64,000 nucleotides of DNA. It comes from a bacterium. GTDB taxonomy: Bacteria; Electryoneota; Electryoneia; Electryoneales; Electryoneaceae. Shown here piece by piece: positions 10,511 to 19,705 of this stretch. The number at the start of each line of letters is the position of its first letter. Within the stretch, counting starts at the first letter, position 1. The notes under the pieces are model-generated. The model had not been told where the DNA came from. It did no database searches and saw only the letters and a program-made list of their open reading frames with translations. A program made the translations under genes and the position numbers. The stretch spans positions 800,001-864,000 of the forward strand of contig CAXXKJ010000002.1 of assembly GCA_963675295.2 (NCBI GenBank), in the 5' to 3' direction.

Positions 10511-11041
10511 TTAATCTAAATTATTTGACTCGTAGCTTCGAATTTCATTTTTTAGACTTTCAATTTTCTCCTTATCTGCCCGTAGTTTTTGTTTTTCTTT
10601 CTCTTTTTTTCTTAAAAGCTTTAACTGTTTTTGTAACTCTTTTACTCTTTTCTTAGTTTTAATTCTTTCTAAGTCACGCGGATCTTCTCCATATTTATTA
10701 ACTCCTTTTGTTCCTGGAAAAAAAGCTACATATATTACCAATAATACGCTAATAAAAGGAACAAAACATAAATATAAAAAGTATTTGGACTTATTTAGGT
10801 CATGAAGTCTTTTAGAAAATAAACTATGAACTAATAATAAAAACATTAGAGCAATAAGTATTCGAATAATCCAAAGATAATCTCCCTCCTGTCCTATAAG
10901 CTCTGGACGCCTTATAAGTATAAAGAATATTAGATTAAACAAAAAATTTAGCGGCCAAAAGTACACATTAAAAGGAAGTCTTGATATTCTACCTTCATCT
11001 TCAAATAGGTAATAAAAGAGTTTTGAAGAAACGCTTTTCAT
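10511..11041 (-). CDS. DUF805-family membrane protein with Lys/Glu coiled-coil tail; very AT-rich
   Basis: F..EGRISR, KRLHDLNKS, PGTKGVNKYGEDP are DUF805 hallmarks. Confidence 0.85.
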   Translation of the reverse strand: MKSVSSKLFYYLFEDEGRISRLPFNVYFWPLNFLFNLIFFILIRRPELIGQEGDYLWIIRILIALMFLLLVHSLFSKRLHDLNKSKYFLYLCFVPFISVLLVIYVAFFPGTKGVNKYGEDPRDLERIKTKKRVKELQKQLKLLRKKEKEKQKLRADKEKIESLKNEIRSYESNNLD

Positions 11042-11062
11042 GTCAAGATCCTATCCTAAGGG

Positions 11063-12010
11063 CTAAGCATAAATCAGTTTATTTACTTTCTCCACAATCT
11101 TCCACCAGCGCAACCCATACAGGTCGAGCAGTTCTTCGCTGTCGCCGGAACGGCCGTAGCGGTCTTCGACGGCAACATAGTCCATCGGTACCGGCGCATG
11201 TTTGCTGACTGTCTGCGCCACGACAGACGCGAGGCCGCCGTGCAGCTGGTGTTCTTCCGCGGTGACAATCGCCTTTGTCTCACGGGCCGCGGAAAGGATA
11301 ACCTCCGTATCCAGCGGTTTCAAGGTGCTCATGTTGATCACCCGGAGGCCAATGCCGTCCTCGGCGAGCTTGTCGTGCGCCAACAAGGCTTCCGCAACCA
11401 TGGTACCAATGGCGATGCAGGTGGCGTCGTTGCCCTCGGCCATGATCCGGGCCTTGCCGACCTCGAACGGGTCCGTTTCGGTGGTGACAATCGGCACGGA
11501 TTCGCGTCCGAAGCGGATGTACACGGGTCCGTTGATCGCGTGCGCCGCTTCCACCGCCTTGCGTGTTTCCCAGTAGTCGGCGGGGGTGAGCACGGTGTAG
11601 TTCGGCAACGCCAGCATGCACGCGAGGTCTTCCATCATCTGGTGCGTCGCGCCGTCCGGACCAACACTGAGCCCTGAGTGCGCCCCGCCGATCTTGACGT
11701 TGCACGGTGTGTAGCCGACCGTCACCCGCAGTTGATCGTACACCCGTCCGACGCCGAACGCGCTGTAGGTCACGTAAAACGTCACCTTGCCCATCAGTGA
11801 CATTCCGGCCGCGGCGTTGACCATGTGCATCTCGCTGATGCCCATCTCATAAAACCGGTCGGGCCAGCGTTCGCCGAAACGGTCGACGTTGCACGAGATC
11901 GCGTTGTCGCCAACCATCACGACCACGTCGCCGTGTTGTTCGCCGATGTCGATCAGGCCGTCGCCCCAGCCTTCACGTGTCTTTTTGCGGTCGAACGTGC
12001 GCATCGTCAT
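11063..12010 (-). CDS. Transketolase, C-terminal subunit
   Basis: RFYEMGISE, RVYDQLR, HSGLSVGPDGATHQ, GPVYIRFGR, TLKPLD, TAEEHQ..GGL. ATG 12010 overlaps the upstream stop. Confidence 0.93.
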   Translation of the reverse strand: MTMRTFDRKKTREGWGDGLIDIGEQHGDVVVMVGDNAISCNVDRFGERWPDRFYEMGISEMHMVNAAAGMSLMGKVTFYVTYSAFGVGRVYDQLRVTVGYTPCNVKIGGAHSGLSVGPDGATHQMMEDLACMLALPNYTVLTPADYWETRKAVEAAHAINGPVYIRFGRESVPIVTTETDPFEVGKARIMAEGNDATCIAIGTMVAEALLAHDKLAEDGIGLRVINMSTLKPLDTEVILSAARETKAIVTAEEHQLHGGLASVVAQTVSKHAPVPMDYVAVEDRYGRSGDSEELLDLYGLRWWKIVEKVNKLIYA

Positions 12011-12906
12011 GCGGTCACCTCCGATCCCGCGAGACGCGCCCGCCATTCATCGTAACTGGTGCCGATTTGCATCAACGCCGTGTTCGCCTGGTCGACGGTT
12101 GGCGGTTTGCCGTGCCAACGGTAATCGTCCTCGATATCACGCCACCCTTTGCCCATGAGAGTGTGTGCGAGGATGACGGTCGGCTGTTGCGTCAGCTGGT
12201 CGGCCTCACGCAAGGCGTCCAGGATCTGGTTCATGTCATGTCCGTCGATCTCGAGCACATGCCAGTTGAACGATTCCCACTTCTCCGCCAGAGGTGCGAT
12301 GCCGATGACATCCTCGACGCGTCCGTCAATCTGCGCGCCGTTGTAGTCGACAATCGCGGTCAGGTTGTCGCAGTGGTAATGGGCTGCCGACAGCGCTGCC
12401 TCCCAGATCGAGCCCTCTTGCAATTCGCCGTCGCCGAGACAGCAGTAAATCCGCCGCGGGTGCTTGTCCAGCTTGGACGCCATCGCCACACCGATCGCGA
12501 CGCTCAGTCCCTGGCCCAATGATCCGGCGGACGCCTCGATGCCCGGTGTGTCATGCGCGGACGGATGCCCCTGCAGATTGCCCTTCAATTGCCGGAAGCC
12601 GAGCAGTTCGGAAAGCGGGAAGTAGCCTCGTTCCGCCATCACCGAGTAGATCAACGGCGAGATGTGCGCGTTGGACACATTCCAGAAGTCGCGGTCGTCG
12701 AAGGACGGGTTGCGTGGGTCGATGGTCGCGGCATGAAACAGGATCGCGGTGATGAAATCGCAGGCAGACAGCGAGCCGCCGGTGTGGCCGCTGTTCGCGT
12801 TGGCGATCATCGTCAGGATGTCACGGCGGACATCGGTCGCGATCGTACGGAGCTCGTCGGCGGGTAGCTCGAGACGGCCGGGGGCGGTTCGATCCACAGT
12901 CGGCAT
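12007..12906 (-). CDS. Transketolase, N-terminal (TPP-binding) subunit
   Basis: SGHTGGSLS, LQGHP, GSLGQGLS, GDGELQEGSIWEA, DGHD, WHGK. Start at ATG 12906. Confidence 0.93.
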   Translation of the reverse strand: MPTVDRTAPGRLELPADELRTIATDVRRDILTMIANANSGHTGGSLSACDFITAILFHAATIDPRNPSFDDRDFWNVSNAHISPLIYSVMAERGYFPLSELLGFRQLKGNLQGHPSAHDTPGIEASAGSLGQGLSVAIGVAMASKLDKHPRRIYCCLGDGELQEGSIWEAALSAAHYHCDNLTAIVDYNGAQIDGRVEDVIGIAPLAEKWESFNWHVLEIDGHDMNQILDALREADQLTQQPTVILAHTLMGKGWRDIEDDYRWHGKPPTVDQANTALMQIGTSYDEWRARLAGSEVTA

Positions 12907-13058
12907 AGCGTTGCGTTTCCATGAGTTGCGCCAGGGGTGCGCGGGAAGGTAGAGCGTGCTCGGGGGACAAGGCAACTCAGGGGCGAGAATCAGACGCAGA
13001 TCGTCCAAGCGATTGTGCAGGGAAAATCCAGCTTGCATCAGGACGTCAGTTCCGCAGA

Positions 13059-14537
13059 CTACTTCAGCAGGATGACGCGCCGGGTTTGGGTCTGGCCGTT
13101 GGCATCCAGTTGCAGGAAATAGGTACCAGATGTCAGGTTTTTCGCTGTCCAGGAATACTCATGCCTGCCAGCCGGGAAAGCGACTGGCGCGATTGGAACG
13201 TTGATCAAACGTCCCAGCACGTCAAACACGTTTGCCGATACAACCGCTGGAGCGGGCAGGGTGAACGTCAGGGTAATGGTTGAGTTAAACGGGTTGGGAT
13301 AGACGGATTCGATGGCGAAATCTGCCGGGAACACTGGGTCCGTCCCCTCATCAATGCCGGAGGGATTCATGGAGTATTTCCGCAAGACACCCTGGTAGAA
13401 CGTCTCGTCAGATCCATCAACCAAGCGTCTTCCAGACACGAGGAACTCATCTGGGCCAGCCATGAGAACGCTGCTCAGATTGGAGATACTGTCCGGTTCA
13501 ATCGTCCAATCCAGGTCACCCTCACCTGTGAACGATCCGACGGTTGGATCACCGTCCATGCTACCCACCCAGAGCAGTGGGTAAGGCGGTTCGCCGGCGG
13601 GATATGCTTCGTCCACGGATTTGATTTCGATGTCATCAAGCGGGGTAAACCACAGCAGCGCGCCGTCCGGTGTATATTTCCCGATTCCCATGTTCGAGTA
13701 GATGATGATGTTTTGGTCGTACGTACGCATCATCTTCGGTTGGCTGCGGTAGTCATATTGTGGATCTCGAAATTCGTTGGTGTAGCGATGCTCCACGACG
13801 TTGAAGTAGGAATCCAACTGGATCAGGTAGTCATTGTCCTGGATATCACCGGGGAGTCGGCCGCGGAAGTAGACGAAGATCATATTTCCTGAATAGACAA
13901 GGATATCCTTGATCGAATCGTAGCTGAATTGAACTCCGGTGAACGTCCACGGCAGGATATGTTGTTGCACGGGGTCACCATCCAGCTCGCGCTGCTGGAA
14001 CACGATGAATTCGGGATCGTAATCGTACTCGTTCTGGACGTACCCCACAATCATCTGGCCGAAAATGTCCAGAGAAGGATATGCCCTGATCGCACCCAGC
14101 CAGGCATCCTCATGCGTGGTGGAGTATGTGATCGTACCTGATGGTGAACAGTTTCCGTAATGCATGAGGCAGCCGTAAGGCTCATCGTTAATGATGAGTC
14201 CGTAAAGGCAGGATTCAGACATGGTGACGCTGATGTTGGTGAAATAATGGCCGTGATTGGGCCACACTTCACGTTCCCAAACTTGTTCGCCCTGATCATC
14301 CATGCGGCAGATGTAATTCTCAGTGATGTTGTCGTAATGCAAACCGAGCCAATGCGAGGTATCAAGAGTCATGTAAAAGCCACCACTTGGTATGCCTGCA
14401 AGCTCCGTGACGTTATAGTAATCCTCGTACTGCGGGCGGTCGGTGCCGAAGATCTGTGTCCAGACTTCGTAGGGTTGAGCAAAGGCGGCCTGTACCGGGA
14501 CAATAACGAGAAGCAGGATGGAGGCGAGCGTTTTCAT
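13059..14537 (-). CDS. Secreted probable beta-propeller protein with T9SS-type C-terminal domain
   Basis: Signal peptide MKTLASILLLV...AFA; C-terminal YPNPFN...FDVLGR...SGTYF...VILLK. Paralog of 24607..26157. Confidence 0.8.
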   Translation of the reverse strand: MKTLASILLLVIVPVQAAFAQPYEVWTQIFGTDRPQYEDYYNVTELAGIPSGGFYMTLDTSHWLGLHYDNITENYICRMDDQGEQVWEREVWPNHGHYFTNISVTMSESCLYGLIINDEPYGCLMHYGNCSPSGTITYSTTHEDAWLGAIRAYPSLDIFGQMIVGYVQNEYDYDPEFIVFQQRELDGDPVQQHILPWTFTGVQFSYDSIKDILVYSGNMIFVYFRGRLPGDIQDNDYLIQLDSYFNVVEHRYTNEFRDPQYDYRSQPKMMRTYDQNIIIYSNMGIGKYTPDGALLWFTPLDDIEIKSVDEAYPAGEPPYPLLWVGSMDGDPTVGSFTGEGDLDWTIEPDSISNLSSVLMAGPDEFLVSGRRLVDGSDETFYQGVLRKYSMNPSGIDEGTDPVFPADFAIESVYPNPFNSTITLTFTLPAPAVVSANVFDVLGRLINVPIAPVAFPAGRHEYSWTAKNLTSGTYFLQLDANGQTQTRRVILLK

Positions 14538-14646
14538 AGGTTCACTCACATCAAATCAGCATGGGTTCAAAGCATATCCAGTAATATACGACTGCTTAGT
14601 CGAAAGATGGAAATCGCGGAACATGTTCCCTGATTCATCCAGGAAC

Positions 14647-15882
14647 TCACATCTTGTCCCCATCATACCGTTGCAGCAGTTGCATGATCAGGCCGGACAG
14701 CAGCCACAGCACCGCCGCGACGACGAGCGCGGTGATGGTGCCGAAAACGTGCATTACCAGCAACGCCAGCAGCGGCGCGAACATCCCGCGCAGACCCATC
14801 GCGGCGAGGTGGACCGCCTGGAACGAGCCGGCGTCTTCGTTGGCCGCGAAGCGCACGCTGGAGATGTTCCACAACACCGCAACCCCGCCCATCGCGACGC
14901 CGAACATGATGAAAGACGCGTACACGAACGGCAGCGCCAGCGAGTCAAACACTCCGGCGCAGATCAGTAACAGTGGAAAGATCGCCAGCAGCGAGAATAC
15001 TCGTGCGGCGAGCGTGTGCACCGGCATACGGTCGAACCAGCGTCCAAACAGCCAGATCGAGGGGATCACGACCAGCTGGTAGATCGTGCCACGCGCGAAT
15101 CCGATGGTGGTGTAGTCGAGCTGCAGTTCATCGACGAGAAACAGCGGCACCACGGGCAGGGTCGTCATGAATGCGATCCCGTAGACCATGAACCCCAGCT
15201 CGAAACGGAAAAAGTCGGGGCGATTTTTCAACAGTTGGACCATCTCAACCAGCGGCTGGGTGAAGACAGAAGTGCTGAACCGTTCGAGCCGGGCGGAACG
15301 GTCGGCGCGTGTCGGCATGGACGCGAACGCAATCGTCGAGACCATGTTGAACACGGCGGCGAAGAGGAAGACATGCCGGTAGCCGCCGGTTTCACGGTCC
15401 ATCCAGTAGCCTGCGGACACGGACACGACGGCGGCGATCGCTTCACGGATGCCGATCGAGGTGCCAAACAGTCCGCCCTGTTTGGCTTTGTCGACGTGTT
15501 GCTGCAGAATCCGGTTCTGCCCGGTGAGCTGAATGGTGAACGGCAGGTAGAAGACGATGAACACGATCAGGAGGTGGTAGACGTTGCTGACAAACGCCCC
15601 GCCGGCCAGTGCGAGGCTGCTGATAACACCCGAAATGAGAATGTAGGGCCGTTGGTCGCGTCCCTTCAGCATCCGCCCCGCCCACAAGGCGGCGAGGCTG
15701 CTGACAGGCATCACCATGGTGATCAACGTGACCCAGAGGGGATTGGCGAGCAAGTCCTTGCGTGCGATGACTTCGCCGAACCGCAGCACAGCCATGGTTG
15801 GCCCGGCGAACGATACGGCCAGCATGAAGCGTGACCGCAGGGCGTCGGTGGGGGTTCGCAGGTTGAGGTACCAGGTGCGCAT
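14647..15882 (-). CDS. MFS transporter
   Basis: About 12 hydrophobic segments in two bundles; LFGRWFDRM motif. Start uncertain (15882 ATG or 15936 GTG). Confidence 0.8.
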   Translation of the reverse strand: MRTWYLNLRTPTDALRSRFMLAVSFAGPTMAVLRFGEVIARKDLLANPLWVTLITMVMPVSSLAALWAGRMLKGRDQRPYILISGVISSLALAGGAFVSNVYHLLIVFIVFYLPFTIQLTGQNRILQQHVDKAKQGGLFGTSIGIREAIAAVVSVSAGYWMDRETGGYRHVFLFAAVFNMVSTIAFASMPTRADRSARLERFSTSVFTQPLVEMVQLLKNRPDFFRFELGFMVYGIAFMTTLPVVPLFLVDELQLDYTTIGFARGTIYQLVVIPSIWLFGRWFDRMPVHTLAARVFSLLAIFPLLLICAGVFDSLALPFVYASFIMFGVAMGGVAVLWNISSVRFAANEDAGSFQAVHLAAMGLRGMFAPLLALLVMHVFGTITALVVAAVLWLLSGLIMQLLQRYDGDKM

Positions 15883-16165
15883 GGGGTGGAAGGTAAGGGT
15901 TGAAAGATTGGAACGGGGTTGGGTTCGGGAGACCACAGATGTAAAGCCTGTTTTCGAGGTATGGGCTTTGGAGCAATCATCGACACTGTCGTATACTTAT
16001 TCGAGCAAATCGATTTACTGGTTTGTGCCGGGATTCCGTAATTGTCAGGGGAGGTCGGAATTCCGCTATCAGAAGCTGGTTTGACCTATTTGCCACATCC
16101 GCAGGCCGTTCATTCAGCGTGGATCTCCCCGGGTCATTGATGTCGATCGAACGTCGAGGCGTCTC

Positions 16166-17419
16166 ATGAGTATCCGGTCACGTGTCTCATCCTTCCTGTC
16201 TATCCTGATTCTTCTCAGTCTAGTTGCCGGCTGCAACATTGACCAGGAACCGGTCATTGACGGGATGGGTGTGAGCAAGCACCTCGAGAAAATGCTGGCC
16301 ACCGACGATGAACGGTTGATCGACAAGTTCATGGAAGCGTCGATTGCGGCGGGCGGGGACGGCGTCCCGTACATCATCAAGGCGTGGAAGAAGAACACCG
16401 ACGTCGAATCCCGTTGCCGGTTGGCGAGCGTGATCGAGGGTGTTGGTCCGGAAGCGGCGGACATGGTACCGTACCTGCTGGAAGAACTGGACGCGATCGA
16501 TGAGCTGCGGGTTTCGTGCGCAGCGATGGCGTTGGGCGGCATCGGCCCGGCGGCGGCCCCGGCGGTGGAACGGCTGGGTGATCTGCTGCGGGCATCGGAT
16601 TACAGCACGCAGGCCAGCCTGCTGTATGCGCTTGGTGGGATCGGGGAAGCTTCCGCCTCCCAGGTGCAGTTGATCAAGGAAGCGGTGGAACGCGAGCAGA
16701 CCAGCGCGATCGCGTTGAAGGCCTTGAGCCGGATGGGCGAAGCGGGTGTGCACGCGATCGAGCCGTGGATGGAGAGTGAGTCCGCGCAACAACGGTTGTG
16801 GGCGGCGGAGGTGTTGTCCGGCATGCCACCGAAGGACGTCTCGATGGTGCTGGACCCGTTGGCGAAGCTGCTGCGGGACAAGGACCCGCGTGTCCGGATT
16901 CAAGCGGCAAAAGCGTTGGGCGGAGCGGGCTCGGACGCGTTGCCGGTGTACCAGAACATCGTGCACGCGTTGCGGGACAGCGACGAAGAGGTGCGTGAGG
17001 CGGTGGTGCAGGCGTTGATCCGCATCGGGCCGGTCGGCGGTAAGGAACTGATCAACGCGTTGACCGACAAGTACTGGTATTCACGCGAAGGCGCGGCGCG
17101 AGTGATCGGCACCTTCTCCTCGCTGGCCGAAACCGCCAAATCGAACCTGATTACGGCGTTGAACGATTCGAACGTGAAGGTACGCGTCGCGGTGATCAAC
17201 GCGCTGACGATCCTCGGCCCGTCGATTACGAATGATATGATTCTGCAGCTGCGGTCGAACCAGCTGTACCGCAAGTTCGGCGGCGCGCGGGTGCTGGGCA
17301 ATATCGGCCCACCGGCGCGTGCGGCCCTGCCCGACCTGCAGAAGCTGCTGCAGGACCGGGACGCGCTGGTCCGCAAGGAAGCCCAGGACGCCATCCTCAA
17401 GATCAGCGGCGAACGGTGA
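16166..17419 (+). CDS. HEAT-repeat lipoprotein
   Basis: Lipobox LVAGC; repeated LxDxDxxVRxxAAxALG.IGP.A..A.P.L units. Confidence 0.85.
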   Translation: MSIRSRVSSFLSILILLSLVAGCNIDQEPVIDGMGVSKHLEKMLATDDERLIDKFMEASIAAGGDGVPYIIKAWKKNTDVESRCRLASVIEGVGPEAADMVPYLLEELDAIDELRVSCAAMALGGIGPAAAPAVERLGDLLRASDYSTQASLLYALGGIGEASASQVQLIKEAVEREQTSAIALKALSRMGEAGVHAIEPWMESESAQQRLWAAEVLSGMPPKDVSMVLDPLAKLLRDKDPRVRIQAAKALGGAGSDALPVYQNIVHALRDSDEEVREAVVQALIRIGPVGGKELINALTDKYWYSREGAARVIGTFSSLAETAKSNLITALNDSNVKVRVAVINALTILGPSITNDMILQLRSNQLYRKFGGARVLGNIGPPARAALPDLQKLLQDRDALVRKEAQDAILKISGER

Positions 17420-17712
17420 TAGCCTGAGTGCATGTGCCCCTGGAGGCATAGGTATTTGGATTCACGTGTGTCTGAAGACATGTGCCCCTGATGGCTCCGC
17501 CAGCAGGGGTTTTCTGAGGTAGGCTAGCCCGCGTTGTCGCAGCCAACACGGGCAAGAGCAACGAATTGATCATCTCGACTCATTTCACACCCTCCGGAAA
17601 TCCTGAGGGTGTTTTATTTGGTGACGGTTTTAGATTGTTGTACCCCACACGTTGCTTTCCACCGTGCTGGATTGACAGATTATATCAACACTCGAAACCC
17701 GAGATCGGACGA

Positions 17713-19482
17713 ATGAAACCCATGGGCCCATCGTACAACTTCCACCGGCCAAAGCTGCTCGCGGTCAAGCTCATACTGTTTGTAATGCTGCTGCTATCAT
17801 CCTCCGCCCTCGCCCAATGGTCTTCTGAGGGTGTTCTGCTGGTAGATCGAGGTCCGTTGTCAGGGGACATGTGTCCGGACGGTCAAGGTGGACTGTGGTA
17901 TGCTCAGCTTGCTACGGATCCTGTTGTTCAGCAGGTTGTTGTCCAGCATCTCGACAGCGAGGGATACCGGTCCTTTGATTTGCAGGGGATTCCCGTGGCG
18001 CGGGATTCGACGCACTACCTGTGTGGAATTCAGCCTGGTCCGGATGGTGATTGCATTGTCATGTACTCGCGTGGCTACCTTGACAACCAGGAAGTGATCT
18101 GGGACATCTATGCGCAACGGATCACCCAGCAGGGCGAACTCTTGTGGGGTGAGTTGGGCCTGGATATCAGCACTCATAGCCACACCTACAAAATGCCGAT
18201 GAGCTTCCTCGGCCATTGGACACTTTCCGATGGCGCTGGTGGATTGTGGGGAATCTGGAGATTGGGTATTGGTAACTATGACGCCTTCGTGTGTGGTGTC
18301 AACGCCGATGGCACACTGAAGTGTCCGGACGGCGATCTCCATGTTGGATTCGCTACCAACAATCAACTACCCTGTGAGTTTGTTGACGATGGCGCGGGGG
18401 GCATGGTCGTCCTTTACGGTACAGATGCTGACGGCTACTGGGGAGTTCGGCACATTTATGCCCAGCGAATCCTTGCTGATGGATCCACGTTGTATGATGA
18501 CGCGTTGCTGGTAATGGACAAACCTCTGGGTAATGCTGATGTCTATGGCAATTGGCACGACATCTATCTTCGCCGTGATCCCCAAGGTGGGTATGTGATC
18601 ACCACACCGATCTATTGGCAGCGGCTTTCTGATGATCTCGTTCCGCAATGGGCGATCGAAGGTGTTGAGGTATATAATACCTGGGAGCCAACCTGGCACT
18701 ATCGTGGTGATCAATCCAGCCCAGTAATCCTTGCGGATCGCACTGTACAACAACTCTGCCTTGACAGCCGTCATGCGCGTCCACGCTTTGAACAACTGCT
18801 GCTTGATGGCACACGCCGTCACGGGACAGACTGGGGGCCTGCCGCAGGTGACAGTACCGTCGAACAATACTCACCGGGACCGGATTTGCTCTCTCCTGAT
18901 GGTGAATCGGTCATTTGCTATTACAAAGGCGCTATTGGTTTCGAGGATTATCAAGAATTCCTGGTTCAACGGATCACACCGGATGGTGATAATATCTGGC
19001 CCCAAATCACAGTTCTTGGTGTTGATAGTTTTTCTTACGGAGTTCAGGAGTATGCTGGTTTCTATCTCGATGATGAAAGTGTTGCATATGTAGCTGGTAG
19101 TGTTGATCCCGCACGTCTTTTCGCGTTCAAAGTCTATATTGACGATGGTTCCGTAGCTGGTGATAATGATGTAGCATCTTCGCCAGTAACCACCAGTCTC
19201 CCTTCGGATTCACCTGTCCTGATCAGCAATGCGTACCCAAATCCGTTCAACAGTAGCGTTGCGTTGACGATCTCGGTTCGCGATCCGGGTGTTTACGACC
19301 TGGCTGTTCACAACGTGCTCGGACAGACCATCCACAGTGAAGCTGTGGACAACCGCACGGCCGGTGAGTTTGTTCAGACCGTGACCCTGCCGGACGGGTG
19401 CGCGTCGGGGATCTACTTCCTCACGTTGCAGCACAGGGATGGCCGCAACCTGAGTCAGAAGAAGGTGGCGTATCTGCGGTGA
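17713..19482 (+). CDS. Secreted repeat protein (DGxGG / IYAQRI repeats) with T9SS-type C-terminal domain
   Basis: Signal peptide ending SSALA-QW; repeats PDGQGG, SDGAGG, IYAQRI..G..LW; C-terminal YPNPFN...HNVLGQ...SGIYF. Confidence 0.8.
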   Translation: MKPMGPSYNFHRPKLLAVKLILFVMLLLSSSALAQWSSEGVLLVDRGPLSGDMCPDGQGGLWYAQLATDPVVQQVVVQHLDSEGYRSFDLQGIPVARDSTHYLCGIQPGPDGDCIVMYSRGYLDNQEVIWDIYAQRITQQGELLWGELGLDISTHSHTYKMPMSFLGHWTLSDGAGGLWGIWRLGIGNYDAFVCGVNADGTLKCPDGDLHVGFATNNQLPCEFVDDGAGGMVVLYGTDADGYWGVRHIYAQRILADGSTLYDDALLVMDKPLGNADVYGNWHDIYLRRDPQGGYVITTPIYWQRLSDDLVPQWAIEGVEVYNTWEPTWHYRGDQSSPVILADRTVQQLCLDSRHARPRFEQLLLDGTRRHGTDWGPAAGDSTVEQYSPGPDLLSPDGESVICYYKGAIGFEDYQEFLVQRITPDGDNIWPQITVLGVDSFSYGVQEYAGFYLDDESVAYVAGSVDPARLFAFKVYIDDGSVAGDNDVASSPVTTSLPSDSPVLISNAYPNPFNSSVALTISVRDPGVYDLAVHNVLGQTIHSEAVDNRTAGEFVQTVTLPDGCASGIYFLTLQHRDGRNLSQKKVAYLR

Positions 19483-19705
19483 TTGGCCCACATAAAGAAC
19501 TTGTTGCGTTGGCGCTTGATGATAAACCAGGGACAGACGGTAGAATTTGTGTGAATTATGTAACGTAAAAACCACCGTCTGTCCCCGATTAAATGCGAGA
19601 CAAGCCTTGTCACCCATCTCACGTCCATGTCCGGTGGAGGCTGGCGCGGGCAGAGGTTTCCTGCCTACGTTCCGGAGCCCGTAACCCCACGTGAGAAAGT
19701 CCGAG

